From Nemertoderma westbladi (taxonomy: Eukaryota; Animalia; Xenacoelomorpha), in the NCBI GenBank assembly GCA_032718475.1, contig JAUCBJ010000435.1:1-42726 (forward strand): a stretch of 42,726 nt of DNA, given 5' to 3'. Made by a program: the position numbers and the translations under genes. Shown piece after piece: positions 10,422 to 21,382 of the stretch (the first letter of the stretch is position 1; each line of letters opens with the position of its first letter). Below the pieces are notes generated by a model. It was not told where the DNA came from. It saw nothing but the letters and a program-made list of their open reading frames with translations, and ran no database searches.

Positions 10422-11552
10422 TTAACTCGTTTGGTACAACGTTCTCCGCCACTCTGGTGACAGGTTATATCGTGTCAAGCCGGGACGATGGTAAGGGTTA
10501 AATGGCGATATTAAATGTCCGCGTCCCAATCCGGCTAGGTAGGATGGGCTAATATCTAAGAAACCCACAACTGGGGTGCCACCGACTAATCGTTCAGGTA
10601 ACACTAGATCTTTGAGCAGTGAGTACAGCTCGGGAGGATCCGTCATACTAATAGGATCAAGAGTCTGAGGTCTCACTAGGGAATGAGGAGCTCTGATCGA
10701 GTATTCCGAAACTCTGATCATTGGTTTATTTAAGGATCGTCTGAGTCGAACGAGCGTAGGTGATACATTGAACAAGTTTCGCTCGAAACTCCCGTAAGTA
10801 TAGCGAGTAAAACCGTGTTTAAAGCAACGTCTCCGCGGATGTTTATGTCTTTCCGTTTGTTGGTTGGGTCTTGGGCATTCATCGCAATAATACCCAAAAA
10901 CGTACGTCTTGTAGGGGAAACGCGAGTGATCTTTCTCCAGCTTACAATATTCCTCCATCCGTTCGAAGCTATTCGGTACAACAGGTAGCGGTCGATCGGC
11001 GGTAAGATACATCATAGGGGAATCGAGCCGTTTGAGTTCTACCATGCGGTCATGATGTATACCTTGAGGATATCGAGTTTCTAGATTTTGTTGACTGGCA
11101 ATATTGAGATATGTTTCTATCAGGAATTCCAGATAATCGTTGAAGTCACTGCGTTTATCCGGCTCCTCAACGTCTTCTCTTTCGAGTCTGTTTCGAATAG
11201 AATTCTCGTGTTCCATTCTCGGTTTATCATTCCGCCTCCGCTGGGTAGGATATTTCAATCGTACCATTTCCCTTTTGGTGTCGACATTGTCCGTATCGTG
11301 TAAATCGATAGGATGACCAGTAGTTAAGAAGTCCACATACGTACCATTACGATGCGTATAGCGAGCGGTGAATTTCTTATAGTCCAACTCACGCGTGAGC
11401 TGCTCTTGGGACATTGGCGGTTCGATATAACGATCATCGTCCTCCGCAGCAGTTGGACCAGCGTCGCCGTGTATCAAGCTATCAACAAACGCTTGTAAAG
11501 GTAGAGTATATCGCTCCCTGATACCAAGATCATCTTCTATCAACTCAATCAT
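10422..11552 (-). CDS. Extra ORF of unknown function in the env position of the LTR element
   Basis: ATG-initiated 376-aa hydrophilic ORF, same strand as gag; CxxC...H...CxxH cluster; degraded continuation to 10113 and 7731. Confidence 0.7.
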   Translation of the reverse strand: MIELIEDDLGIRERYTLPLQAFVDSLIHGDAGPTAAEDDDRYIEPPMSQEQLTRELDYKKFTARYTHRNGTYVDFLTTGHPIDLHDTDNVDTKREMVRLKYPTQRRRNDKPRMEHENSIRNRLEREDVEEPDKRSDFNDYLEFLIETYLNIASQQNLETRYPQGIHHDRMVELKRLDSPMMYLTADRPLPVVPNSFERMEEYCKLEKDHSRFPYKTYVFGYYCDECPRPNQQTERHKHPRRRCFKHGFTRYTYGSFERNLFNVSPTLVRLRRSLNKPMIRVSEYSIRAPHSLVRPQTLDPISMTDPPELYSLLKDLVLPERLVGGTPVVGFLDISPSYLAGLGRGHLISPFNPYHRPGLTRYNLSPEWRRTLYQTS

Positions 11553-12380
11553 ATCTGCTATATAAATTTATCCATATTATAATGAGTTTATATTTAGGCG
11601 AGCGGGCGTCGCTGCCTACCCCAATCAGCCCCCGGACAGTGCGAGATCCTCAGCGCCGATGTGTCGTCGCCGCTGTACTTTCGCCAAAGACGTAGCCGCA
11701 CAACGACAACGACAACCGGCACAAGTCACTCCACTGTCCGTCCCAAAGTCTTAGATGTACTTCAGGTTTTCCTTGGAGAGTTAGGTTACTTTCACGATTG
11801 CGACTAGCTACTGTAAACACACTTTAGCAGTAACATTCACCTATAAACTCACAAATACCACACAACTGGTCACAACTACGCACATTCGGGCCATTTGTCC
11901 GTTAGTCAATGCCTTCCAGAATGTCACTGTATTATTATGTATCCTTGGATACTAGCAGTGCGCTATTTATTCCCTATGCTATTCAATGGGACAAGCTTTC
12001 TATTGTTCTTTTAACTCAATTCTAATTCTAGCGTGGTTGTTGCCATGGTGACATTATGCAAAGCTAGCGGTAGAATTAGAGTAATTCCCATGCATACAGA
12101 TCTGGGATGTTATTTAATAGTAATTCTTTAATAGTCAATGTCCTGTTTGATACATGACTTTATGAATTTTATCGGCTATTGACCATGTTTGGGAGACTTT
12201 CGCACACTCATACTCATAATAAGACAAATCTCCGCTCCCTTGATCTATTAATTAATGGAATTTTGGGAATGTTATAAATTGCGTAAAAATGGCAATTTAT
12301 TAAATTCATTAAAAGGCATGAATTTAAATTTATTCCCTGAAATTTTATTATTTGATAATTAAATGGACATATTTTGAGTC

Positions 12381-12680
12381 TAGAACATGTCTGGGGACAC
12401 AAGATCCTTAATTCTATGAAAATTGTCCTTTTAAGAATATCGGTAAATGCTACGATATCTTAATTGACTAGAATTGTTGAAGGATCTGAATTTTACAGAT
12501 TTTGATTTATTAGATTTGCAAATATTAAATAATTAATATTTGAGATGGGCACCGATTTATTCCAGAACTTGTCTGGGGACGTTAACCACTGATTCTAGAA
12601 TTTGTCTTTCAAGTATATCGGTGGGTGCCGCGATATCTTAATCGACTAGAATTACAGATGGTCAAAAGGTTTAACAGATT
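12381..12680. repeat. Imperfect ~120-bp direct repeat in the inter-ORF spacer
   Basis: AGAAC.TGTCTGGGGAC...TATCGGT...CGATATCTTAAT.GACTAGAATT at ~12382 and ~12563. Confidence 0.75.
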
Positions 12681-13200
12681 TATTTGCGTTTCACGCTACT
12701 GTTAGAGGGACATCACGCTACTATATGTATTATTTAATATACGGTATGAGAGCAATATCGCACGAAGCAATGTCAGTGTGAAGAGGCAAGTCGTTTCCAA
12801 GGTCTACCCAGAGCTTGGTTTAGCCGAGACACGAGGATCTGAACTTTGCATTCCTAATACTCTGCCTACCAATAATACTTAAATATAGTAGTGGCTTTAT
12901 TGCACTTTAATAAGTACGGATATTTCATCTTACTGTAGTCACGTATTTATAATATGATACGGGCAGTAAGGAAAGAGAAAAATAATTATTTCTCGCCGTC
13001 GCACTAAATATATAATATACGTAATTAAATAATAAACGCGAATATATATTGCACTAATCTACTAAATAATCTCTAAAATACCACACTACTAAATAAAATT
13101 AAATAAAACGATTAAAATAAAATTACATAATAATACATACATAAATATAAAAATAAAACAAATACAAAATAATAGAGTCACACACCCACTCCATATGTTG

Positions 13201-16200
13201 TTACGTTATGGAGTCCCTAGATGTTTGAAGGATTAGGGAGGTGGTCGTGGGAAGAGAATCTTGCCTTCCACAGTTTCCGGAGAGTCCTCCATTCCCTTCC
13301 GGTAAACACAAACGACCGACTGGGTGATTGAGTCGCTGCATCCCGAATACAATTCCAGGTTTCCTCTTCGTCCTGGAATAGTGACGATAGAAACATCGCT
13401 CTAGGTACACGACGGCCTTACAAAGCCGATTCCAGGAGCTATAGTGGTCCGACGCTCCCTGCAGGAGAGGTGAGAGTCCCTGCAAGACGTCTGATGTTCC
13501 AGAGCTCCAATCGCTCTCTCTGATTTTCATGAAGGATCCACTCGCGGTGGGGAGGTCCAGATCCACGGCGTCGTCCCTGGCAATATGTAATACCGACAGA
13601 TCTATCCCGGGTTCAAATAACTCCGATCCACCCGTCCGGGTTTTAGGTTTGACTTTCTCCGCTCCCTTGGCTGGTCTAATCTCAGTCGGAGTAAGATGGG
13701 GAGGCCATTCATCCTCCTTACTCAGGAAGTCGGGTTCACCTAACCGGTCTGTAGTATCTGTCAGTTCTTGAGGAGTTGCTCCTCTGGAAGCGATGTCAGT
13801 TGGATTAAACTTCTTGGGGCAATATCTCCATTGATCTACATTGGAGCTAATATCGTCATTATCTGAGGAGTATGTTGTTCCCTCAGTTGGGTCGTCTCCC
13901 TCACTAGTATCATCTTCCCATTCACTCACCTGGCAGACGCGATCTTGAAGCAGTCTTTCTCTGAGCGTTCTTCGGGAAGGTCCAGTAAGGTACCAACCTA
14001 CTCTAGTTCTTACCGCATAGGTCTGAAGTGGTTGCGGTTGAGCAGGTCGTTTCTCCAATGTCTCCAGCGCCTCATGCGCGTTTTGACCGATTAATATTTG
14101 TACTCCAGGATAATCGGTGTCGAATCTAGGAATGTTAAGTTGTTGGGCATGATCATCTTCGTCCCAATTATAAGGTTCCACTTGGGTGGTAGCGAAGTTC
14201 TTTATTGCCACCATTTTGACTGACCTTATACTGTGTTCTCCTAGTTTATCCTGTGGAGTGGACAACTCACCTATATAATAGTCGGCAGCCACAGCAGATT
14301 TCCAAACCTGCATGATCCCTGACATGTTTAGCTTGGTTCGGAACTTGGGTTGTCCAGCAAAGATGTCTTCGGCTAGTTCTTTATCGATGAATGTTAATGT
14401 GCTGCCGGAGTCTAGGAGGGCGTTCACTATATAGCTCTTCTGAGGTCCGTGGACCCGTAACTGGACTACAGGAAATTCTCGGATTCCTACATTTGAAGTT
14501 GGCGCTTTCCAAGATTGTTGTTGATCTGAAGTAGTTAGGGTGAGGTCGCTGTCTGTGTCTTTCTCATACATGAGTGCTCGATACACTGCGGTGGTGTTTA
14601 TTAAGTAACAGGATTCGTTTTGGTCAGAGAATTCGTCCGTATAGAATCCTTCCATCTCAGATTGATCAGTGTCGTTCACATCACTAAATTGGACATGTAG
14701 TTCGGAATCACTCACCTGACTCGGACTATTTCGCTCGAATTCAGTGTGCAACAAGATATGATGTTTCGCACCGCACTTTGCACACCTTGCGTCGGAGTAA
14801 CAGGTTCGCCGTTGGTGTCCTCGTCTGAGGCAATTATAACACAACCGCTTATCCCACATGACTTCACGTCTCTCAGTTAATGATTTCTTTAGAAATTCAT
14901 CACACATATTTAAGCGATGGGTCCCGTCACATAGCGCACATTTCGGTTTGATGTTACTCACCTTACTCTGAGTCACATTGTGTACACTTGCTTTTTCTTC
15001 GGGCTTTCTCACCTGAATTCTCTTGGGAGACGTAGGAGGAGTTTTTCTTACCTGTTCTCTCCTGTCATTTGTTCGAGACTTGAATTTACTTACCTGATCT
15101 TTAGGCATTTTATTTACGTAATAAGATCTATCGGTGTCTTTCCCGCTATCTTCTCCTTGAGAAGTCTGGCTTTCGCCGTCGTCTGTATAACACACTGGTG
15201 TTACCTTTCTCCTAGAGACGGGTTTTTCACTTACCTTGTTTTCCGGTGTCTTCTCTCTGGACAGTTTCAGGAGCTGTAATTTCACTTCTCCATCTAGGAA
15301 TGACATGAGATCAGCCATGGTAGGGTCTCGTCGTTGTTGTTCCATCATATATAACACTTTCTTATCCCAGCGTGTACCTACTCCACCCTTCGGTAAAGTA
15401 GAAGCCACTGCTCTAATAACCATAGCATTCTGATACTCATGAGACTTACCTAGCCAATCTAATTGTCTACAGATCTCCTGAATCTCATCGGAAAACTCTA
15501 TAATTCCGCTGCTAATAAACTTTCGGGGCGCTACCAACTTTGCATACAAATACCCAGCTATGTTATTCCTATTACCATACCTGATGTTTAGTGTATCCCA
15601 AACTTGTCTTAATCCGTCTGGATGTCCAATAAACTTTAACGCCATTAACTTGGGAGATCCTTCCAAGCACTCGATGAGGAATCTTAGTTTCTCTCCATTA
15701 GATAGGACAGAGTTCTGTATGTTATCTTTGTAATATTCATTAAAAGGTAACCATTTCATCTCATCTCCATTGAACTTGACGATCTCTCCCACTTTTACCG
15801 CTTGCCGGGCTTCGGTTCTAGCCATTTGACGCGTAAAACTTTCTTGGGCCATCGTGTTATTTAATATCGAGTTATCGGTATATAAATTTCTCGGATTATG
15901 ATCCGGTCTATAGGGAATATCATTATCAACAGGTCTATAATTACCCTTAATAGGGTTCACTATAGGAGTTTCTACTTCGCTAGCAGTATAGATGCGTGTA
16001 GGCTCCACACCTTGCGCATGAGATACTTCAGACCTAACAGGTTGACACATTGTTACAAGGGGTGGTGGTATACCCTTTTGTAAATTTACTAATTTATCGC
16101 GTTCTAACGCGATATTTTGCTGCACTTCCTGCAACTCTAACCTACTTTCCTTTACAGTTCCCTTTAACTGTTGAACAGTCCCTTCTAACTCTCGGACCTG

Positions 16201-16680
16201 TTGGGAGGAGCGCCTTTGATTCTCCTCCATCTTTCCGAGGAGAATGTCTATCCCCCGCCGTCTCTCGTCCACCCAATCAACCGCCGAAACGGGATCCGCC
16301 AACGTTGTAGCGGGCGGACGAGGGACAACGGGCGACAAATCATGAACATTCCGCTCGGAGTCCAGAGCATGAACTGTCTCATAGGCTGTTCTGCTGGGCA
16401 CAGGTAGCTTAGTGCTGTGCAACGGGAATTGAGAGGTAGGTTCAGGGAGTACAGGTGTCTCTACGACCGAAAGGGTAGCTTCGGGAACAGGCCTAATTAT
16501 TTCAGGCTCATCTACTATAGTAGGGAGTCTCTCTATTGTAATTATTTGGTCTGTGGGTTCTGTACTCGCTAAGTTGGTGTTATTTAGTTGCCTTCTAACA
16601 GCTGGAGGCAAATCAGGCAATTTCTGACGGTGGAATGTTCTTTTACGTCTGCTTAGGCGAGATCGATTTCCTCCGCCTTC
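13201..16680 (-). CDS. BEL/Pao Gag-protease polyprotein, C-terminal part, with only vestiges of pol
   Basis: Capsid-like region (KFNGDEMKWLPF...EKLRFLIECLEG...WDTLNIRYGN); knuckles CALCDGTHRLNMC, CYNCLRRGHQRRTC, CAKCGAKHHILLH; protease ALLDSGSTLTFI...ILIG...TRVGWYLTG; RNase H tail QWRYCPKKFNPTDIASRG; YSSWNRL; terminal PVGRLCL. Confidence 0.9.
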   Translation of the reverse strand, partial: EGGGNRSRLSRRKRTFHRQKLPDLPPAVRRQLNNTNLASTEPTDQIITIERLPTIVDEPEIIRPVPEATLSVVETPVLPEPTSQFPLHSTKLPVPSRTAYETVHALDSERNVHDLSPVVPRPPATTLADPVSAVDWVDERRRGIDILLGKMEENQRRSSQQVRELEGTVQQLKGTVKESRLELQEVQQNIALERDKLVNLQKGIPPPLVTMCQPVRSEVSHAQGVEPTRIYTASEVETPIVNPIKGNYRPVDNDIPYRPDHNPRNLYTDNSILNNTMAQESFTRQMARTEARQAVKVGEIVKFNGDEMKWLPFNEYYKDNIQNSVLSNGEKLRFLIECLEGSPKLMALKFIGHPDGLRQVWDTLNIRYGNRNNIAGYLYAKLVAPRKFISSGIIEFSDEIQEICRQLDWLGKSHEYQNAMVIRAVASTLPKGGVGTRWDKKVLYMMEQQRRDPTMADLMSFLDGEVKLQLLKLSREKTPENKVSEKPVSRRKVTPVCYTDDGESQTSQGEDSGKDTDRSYYVNKMPKDQVSKFKSRTNDRREQVRKTPPTSPKRIQVRKPEEKASVHNVTQSKVSNIKPKCALCDGTHRLNMCDEFLKKSLTERREVMWDKRLCYNCLRRGHQRRTCYSDARCAKCGAKHHILLHTEFERNSPSQVSDSELHVQFSDVNDTDQSEMEGFYTDEFSDQNESCYLINTTAVYRALMYEKDTDSDLTLTTSDQQQSWKAPTSNVGIREFPVVQLRVHGPQKSYIVNALLDSGSTLTFIDKELAEDIFAGQPKFRTKLNMSGIMQVWKSAVAADYYIGELSTPQDKLGEHSIRSVKMVAIKNFATTQVEPYNWDEDDHAQQLNIPRFDTDYPGVQILIGQNAHEALETLEKRPAQPQPLQTYAVRTRVGWYLTGPSRRTLRERLLQDRVCQVSEWEDDTSEGDDPTEGTTYSSDNDDISSNVDQWRYCPKKFNPTDIASRGATPQELTDTTDRLGEPDFLSKEDEWPPHLTPTEIRPAKGAEKVKPKTRTGGSELFEPGIDLSVLHIARDDAVDLDLPTASGSFMKIRESDWSSGTSDVLQGLSPLLQGASDHYSSWNRLCKAVVYLERCFYRHYSRTKRKPGIVFGMQRLNHPVGRLCLPEGNGGLSGNCGRQDSLPTTTSLILQTSRDSIT

Positions 16681-16689
16681 AGTGTCGGT

Positions 16690-17612
16690 GGGTCCTACTA
16701 AATACCCAACTTTACCCAACTCCACCCAACTTTACCCAACTTCACCCAACTTTACCCAATTTTACCCAACTTTTTACCCAACTTTACCCAACTTTACCAC
16801 ACTTTACCCAATACCACCCAAATTTACCCAACTTCACCCAATCAATTACCCAATCCACTTTACCCAACTTTACCCAATACCACCCAACTTTACCCAATCA
16901 TTTCAATCCATCAATCCTTCATCAGGCCTAATCAATTAGTTCAGTAGTTAGGCCTATCTACCATATCCAATCTGCCAATGGCTGATTGGCAATTGGAGTG
17001 GATGCAAGGCTGCAGAGGGAAACTTGATGCATATCTCAACCTGAATGTTAAATTCTCAATTTAGGGAAAGGAACAGGTTATAGTGGCACGTTATTCTAAC
17101 CAAAACAATAAACTAAAGTCTATTCTATAGAACATCACTACCCCGAAATGCACCCTCATACAGCCATATTGATCATTTTATTGATGTCTGGATGTGTTAT
17201 GTTCAGATGTTATGATTATAAGTACTATGGCTGACTGGAGTATGACTATACAGCTATAAACATGAAGCCATAGCTGCATAGGCCTACACTGATACAAACC
17301 ATTCCTACAGTACTGCAGTATTAAACTGCCAGACAGACTGCTGGAATGCTACTGTCAGACAGTAGGCCTACTGGTCCGGTACTGTAGTAAGTAAGTAAGC
17401 CTTCTGCTGTAGCCTACTGTATTGCATCACTGGTCGGCAGATAGGTAGTTGGGTATTCGATTGGGTAAAGTTGGGTAAAGTTGGGTGGTATTGGGTAAAG
17501 TGGGGTAAATTTGGGTAAAGTTGGGTAAAAAGTTGGGTAAAGTGGGGTAAAGTTGGGTAAGTTTGGGTAAAGTTGGGTAGATTTGGGTAAAGTTGGGTAA
17601 TTAGTAGGACCG
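16690..17612. mobile_element. Foldback/MITE-type non-autonomous DNA transposon
   Basis: TIRs GGTCCTACTAAATACCCAACTTTACC / GGTAAAGTTGGGTAATTAGTAGGACC; inverted subterminal arrays of 10-bp TTTACCCAAC; TSD GTGTCGGT at 16682-16689 and 17613-17620. Confidence 0.9.
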
Positions 17613-19081
17613 GTGTCGGTGGTATCGCCTTCCTCAGATGATGTATAACCCTGTCTTTTGGGAGTAGATCGATTCATCATCTGCATATTACTAGCTGTTA
17701 ACTGTTTACTGAAGTCGTCTTGCTTCTCTTGAAGATTTTCCAACTCCAGTTGGGCGATCTCTTCAGCCGCTCTCCGTTCTGCTTCCGCCACCGCTGCCGC
17801 TTTTGCCTCTGCCGCTGCCGCTGCTGCCGCTTTTGCCTCTGCTGCTGCTTCTGCTGCTGCCGCTGCCAAGGTCGCTTTTCTTTCTGCCTCTGCCACTGCT
17901 GCTATCTTTCTGTCTTCTATACGTTTTTTCTTTACCTTTTCTTCTTGGTCTCTAGCGATGCGGAGTTGTTCATCGAATTTAGCTTGGTTCGCCGCTAACC
18001 TATCCACATCAATTGCATCCAACACACGCTGGGCTCCTTCACTATTAGGACTAAGTCCCGCTAACCTTCTCCTCAACTCTTCATCTCCTACAAAACGTTG
18101 ATAGTCTGACAGATAGATGTCAATGGCATCCCTCTTATGCGGTTTCTCTGCCGTCGCTTCACTTTCCACTTGGGAAAAAGTAGCGTCTGTTGATTCTCCA
18201 TGGGTTGAGCGCTCCTCCAGCTGATCTTTCCACTGAGCTATTCCTTGAACCTGGCGACTCACCCGTTGAAACCAAGTCTTTACGGCAACTTGCAACGACG
18301 TGTCTTGTCTTCTTTTAGAAGCCTCTTCAAAGGCTGATAATATTAGCCTAATTCGCAGAATTCTTTCTCTAACTTGATAAAGCAGTTGTCCCTGCTCTTG
18401 AGGTCCTTGAGGTTGTTGTAACAGTTGTTTTTCTACTCGCTCCATAGAGCTGAAGAATCCCTGTGCGTATCTGGCTGCGGACCTCTTCCACACAGCTGGA
18501 TCGATGGTTTCCTTGGCTACTCCCATCCGGTGTATGTCTTCCCAGGCAGCTTCTGATAAATCAAACGGGAGTCCGGGTCCGGGGAAGTTCCATTGCGACT
18601 CGACCATAGATTTCAGTTCTTCCTTTGTGTATCCCGCATAACTATCTTTAGTTGAGCGCTTACTTCTCGCCCAATCGATCTGGTGTTCTTCCACCGCGAT
18701 CAATAGCCTAGTGAGTACGGCTGCAGGAAGGATGAGAAGGGGATCCGAATAAACCGCATCCGTCATCCTTGCTCCGCGCTCGGGTGTCAGTTCTACAGTA
18801 TCTTCACTACTGGAGCTGTCGGGCCGCTGAGAAATAAGTTCTTGGCTCGCGGGTGGTTGCTGTTCCGCTGCTTTTTGGTCCCGCTTGACCTGAGCTCGAG
18901 TGCCTATGATAGACCTACGATGTTGGACCAGCCTAGGTTCTGTTATTACTACTGGAGGGATGACCTTCCTCACAGTGGGAGGTGAACTGAACTTAGGTGT
19001 AGACGGTTCTACACCTTTATCTGAGTCGCAGATAGTTACATCTAATAAACTGTCTGACAGGTTCTGCTTAGTATCAGACAT
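17612..19081 (-). CDS. N-terminal 490 codons of the same Gag polyprotein (low-complexity and coiled-coil)
   Basis: ATG at 19081; ends ...EEGDTTDT at the TSD and resumes in frame as EGGGNRSR at 16680. Confidence 0.85.
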
Positions 19082-19214
19082 GTTTGTTTACACAGTTGAA
19101 TGCCTACTGCTATATTACAGTCCAAGCAAGTCTAGTAATTCAGTATTAACTGCTAGCCTAGTAATTAATTACCGATACTGCTACTCAGTGTAGTATGATA
19201 TATATATAATATAT

Positions 19215-19595
19215 TAGAATACCGGTATGCTTATAGTATATATAACTATATAAGTATTATTACAGACTAGGTTTATCACAGAATACCGGTATAATTTTAG
19301 CGCAAATATATATAAATATATAATAGGCCTATCGGGAATACCGGTATACAGCTTACAGTTTGCAGTATATATAATTCTGGGCTAGAATTAATTACAAGTA
19401 CCGGTATAATTTCAGCCTAAATTTATAGAAATAAAGATAATAGGCCTATCGTAAATACCGGTATGCAGTTTACACTTATAGTGTATATATATAAGTATAA
19501 TTACAAACTAGAATTAATTACAGAATACCGGTATGATTTCAACCTATAATTTATAGAAATAAATATAATAAGCCTATTGTAAATACCGGTATATC
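19215..19595. repeat. Degenerate ~60-bp (A/B ~120-bp) tandem array built on palindromic TACCGGTA
   Basis: TACCGGTA at 19220, 19284, 19339, 19399, 19456, 19526 and 19584. Confidence 0.8.
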
Positions 19596-20537
19596 AATTA
19601 TTTTAAATAACTGAATTTCTGAATTTTAAGGGTTACTTGGTTACTTTAACTTACTTTATTGCCGTTATTTAAGCAGTAGTCCAACTGATATTGAGACCTA
19701 ATTGTTGTATGGCAGGCCTACTATTTATAAATCGTTTGAGTTGATTTATAATATATATATACCCGTTTAATGGGTTTTGTCAATGTTGAAATAAATGTTA
19801 TTATTTCTGGGGAGTCACTATACATAAGCAGTGCGCTCTCAGTGGAGTGCTACTTGTTGGACACTAAAACAAATAATTCTAATTTAACTAAGTTACTTAA
19901 TACTACAAATTACGTACAATTTGGGTTGAGATTACAATCTCTAAATAAACACAAAAATTTACAAAAAACACAAAATACGAATTTTCAGGGTAATTTTACA
20001 AGAAGTCTACAAACCAGCCTAACAAAGGGTTAGAAATCTGGTTATTACAACGGACAGGGTACTGCGGTATTTGAAAATAATACGTAGTAGTAAATACACT
20101 GCGTTGTCCAGATAGGAAAATACCACCGCCTGACGACCTATAGCCGTATCGCTATAGGTACTACGTTATGTATCACGGAGTGTTCCTACCTAGAAGTTAA
20201 TAGAGCTAATCGAACGTGCCTATCAACCACTTTACAACACAAATATAATGTCTACACTAATTACTTTTGGAAAGCACTGTACACTAAACCCTAAATTAGG
20301 TACGAGTACTTGTACAACATATAATCAGTAGTTAAATATACTTGAACAGCTAAAAGAACCACGGCATCTGCTGGAGTGACCGGTGCACAAAATCACCAGT
20401 CTTTACCTACGCCAAGCAGCCCGTGTAGTACCGGGGTTAATTTAACTATAGCGGTATGTATAACAAACACAATTATTGTAGGAACAAACTTGGGGAATGA
20501 ATGTTGCGAATAATCGCATAAACTCTGAATAATAAAT

Positions 20538-21110
20538 ATTACGCTATGCGTACAAACCACTCAAACAAAATGCAGACCAAATACTGACAGACTACTATCA
20601 AGCCTAAATAAACTACAGGACATGCAGACTCCGAAATGATTAGGTAGTATGCGTTCTAACCCAGTAGCACGACTTATTCTTTAGTTGGGGGTTTACCTTA
20701 CAGCTTTGGCTGCCCCTACTTCCTAACCGTTCTTTATCGGACAGAGGCTCTACACACACTGCAATCCGTTCAGACCTAATAACAGCCAGACAACTATCCA
20801 GCCTACAAATTATCTAAATAAATATTATACGCTACCTGTACAGACTACACAAACAAAGTACAGACTAAACGATGGCAGACTACTCTCAAGCCTAAATAAA
20901 CTACAGGACATGCAGACTCCGAAATGATTAGGTAGTATGCGTTCTAACCCAGTAGTACGACTTATTCTTTAGTTGGGGGTTTACCTTACAGCTTTGGCTG
21001 CCCCTACTTCCTAACCGTTCTTTATCGGACAGATGATCTACACACACTGCAATCCGTTCAGACTTAACAACAATCAGACAACAGCTCAGCCTACAAATTG
21101 TCTGTACAAT
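20538..21110. repeat. ~290-bp tandem duplication in the element leader
   Basis: Counterpart of 720-1290; CAAGCCTAAATAAACTACAGGACATGCAGACTCCGAAATGATTAGGTAG occurs twice. Confidence 0.85.
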
Positions 21111-21382
21111 CTGATCAGGCTTACACGCCTTCTGTTCAATACTGCCTACAAACAAATAAAACTTGACAGAAATAAGTAAAAATCTCAATAAAAAACCAGG
21201 GCTGCAGTCCCTGATTAATTATTAAGGCCTACCGGTATATAATTATCAAAATCGAATAATACTGCTGTACCTGGACTGCTGTAGGTACCGGTCCAGGTGG
21301 TTAGGTAGTCAGGCCTACTGGGTACCGGTTGCCGGTACTTCAGCTTTATTGCCTACTGCAATACAGAAGCAATATCCGTTAT

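Noticed and set aside
10422-11552. env gene
   Set aside because: The position fits, but there is no signal peptide, transmembrane segment or recognisable fusion-protein pattern.
16895-16930. Minus-strand CTGATGA...GAAA suggesting a second hammerhead
   Set aside because: The intervening sequence cannot form stem II, and no stem I or III partners are evident.
16635-16939. Plus-strand PNFTQLYP ORFs and the nominal start of the 1174-aa ORF at 16725
   Set aside because: They lie in the foldback subterminal repeats; the real frame starts at 19081.
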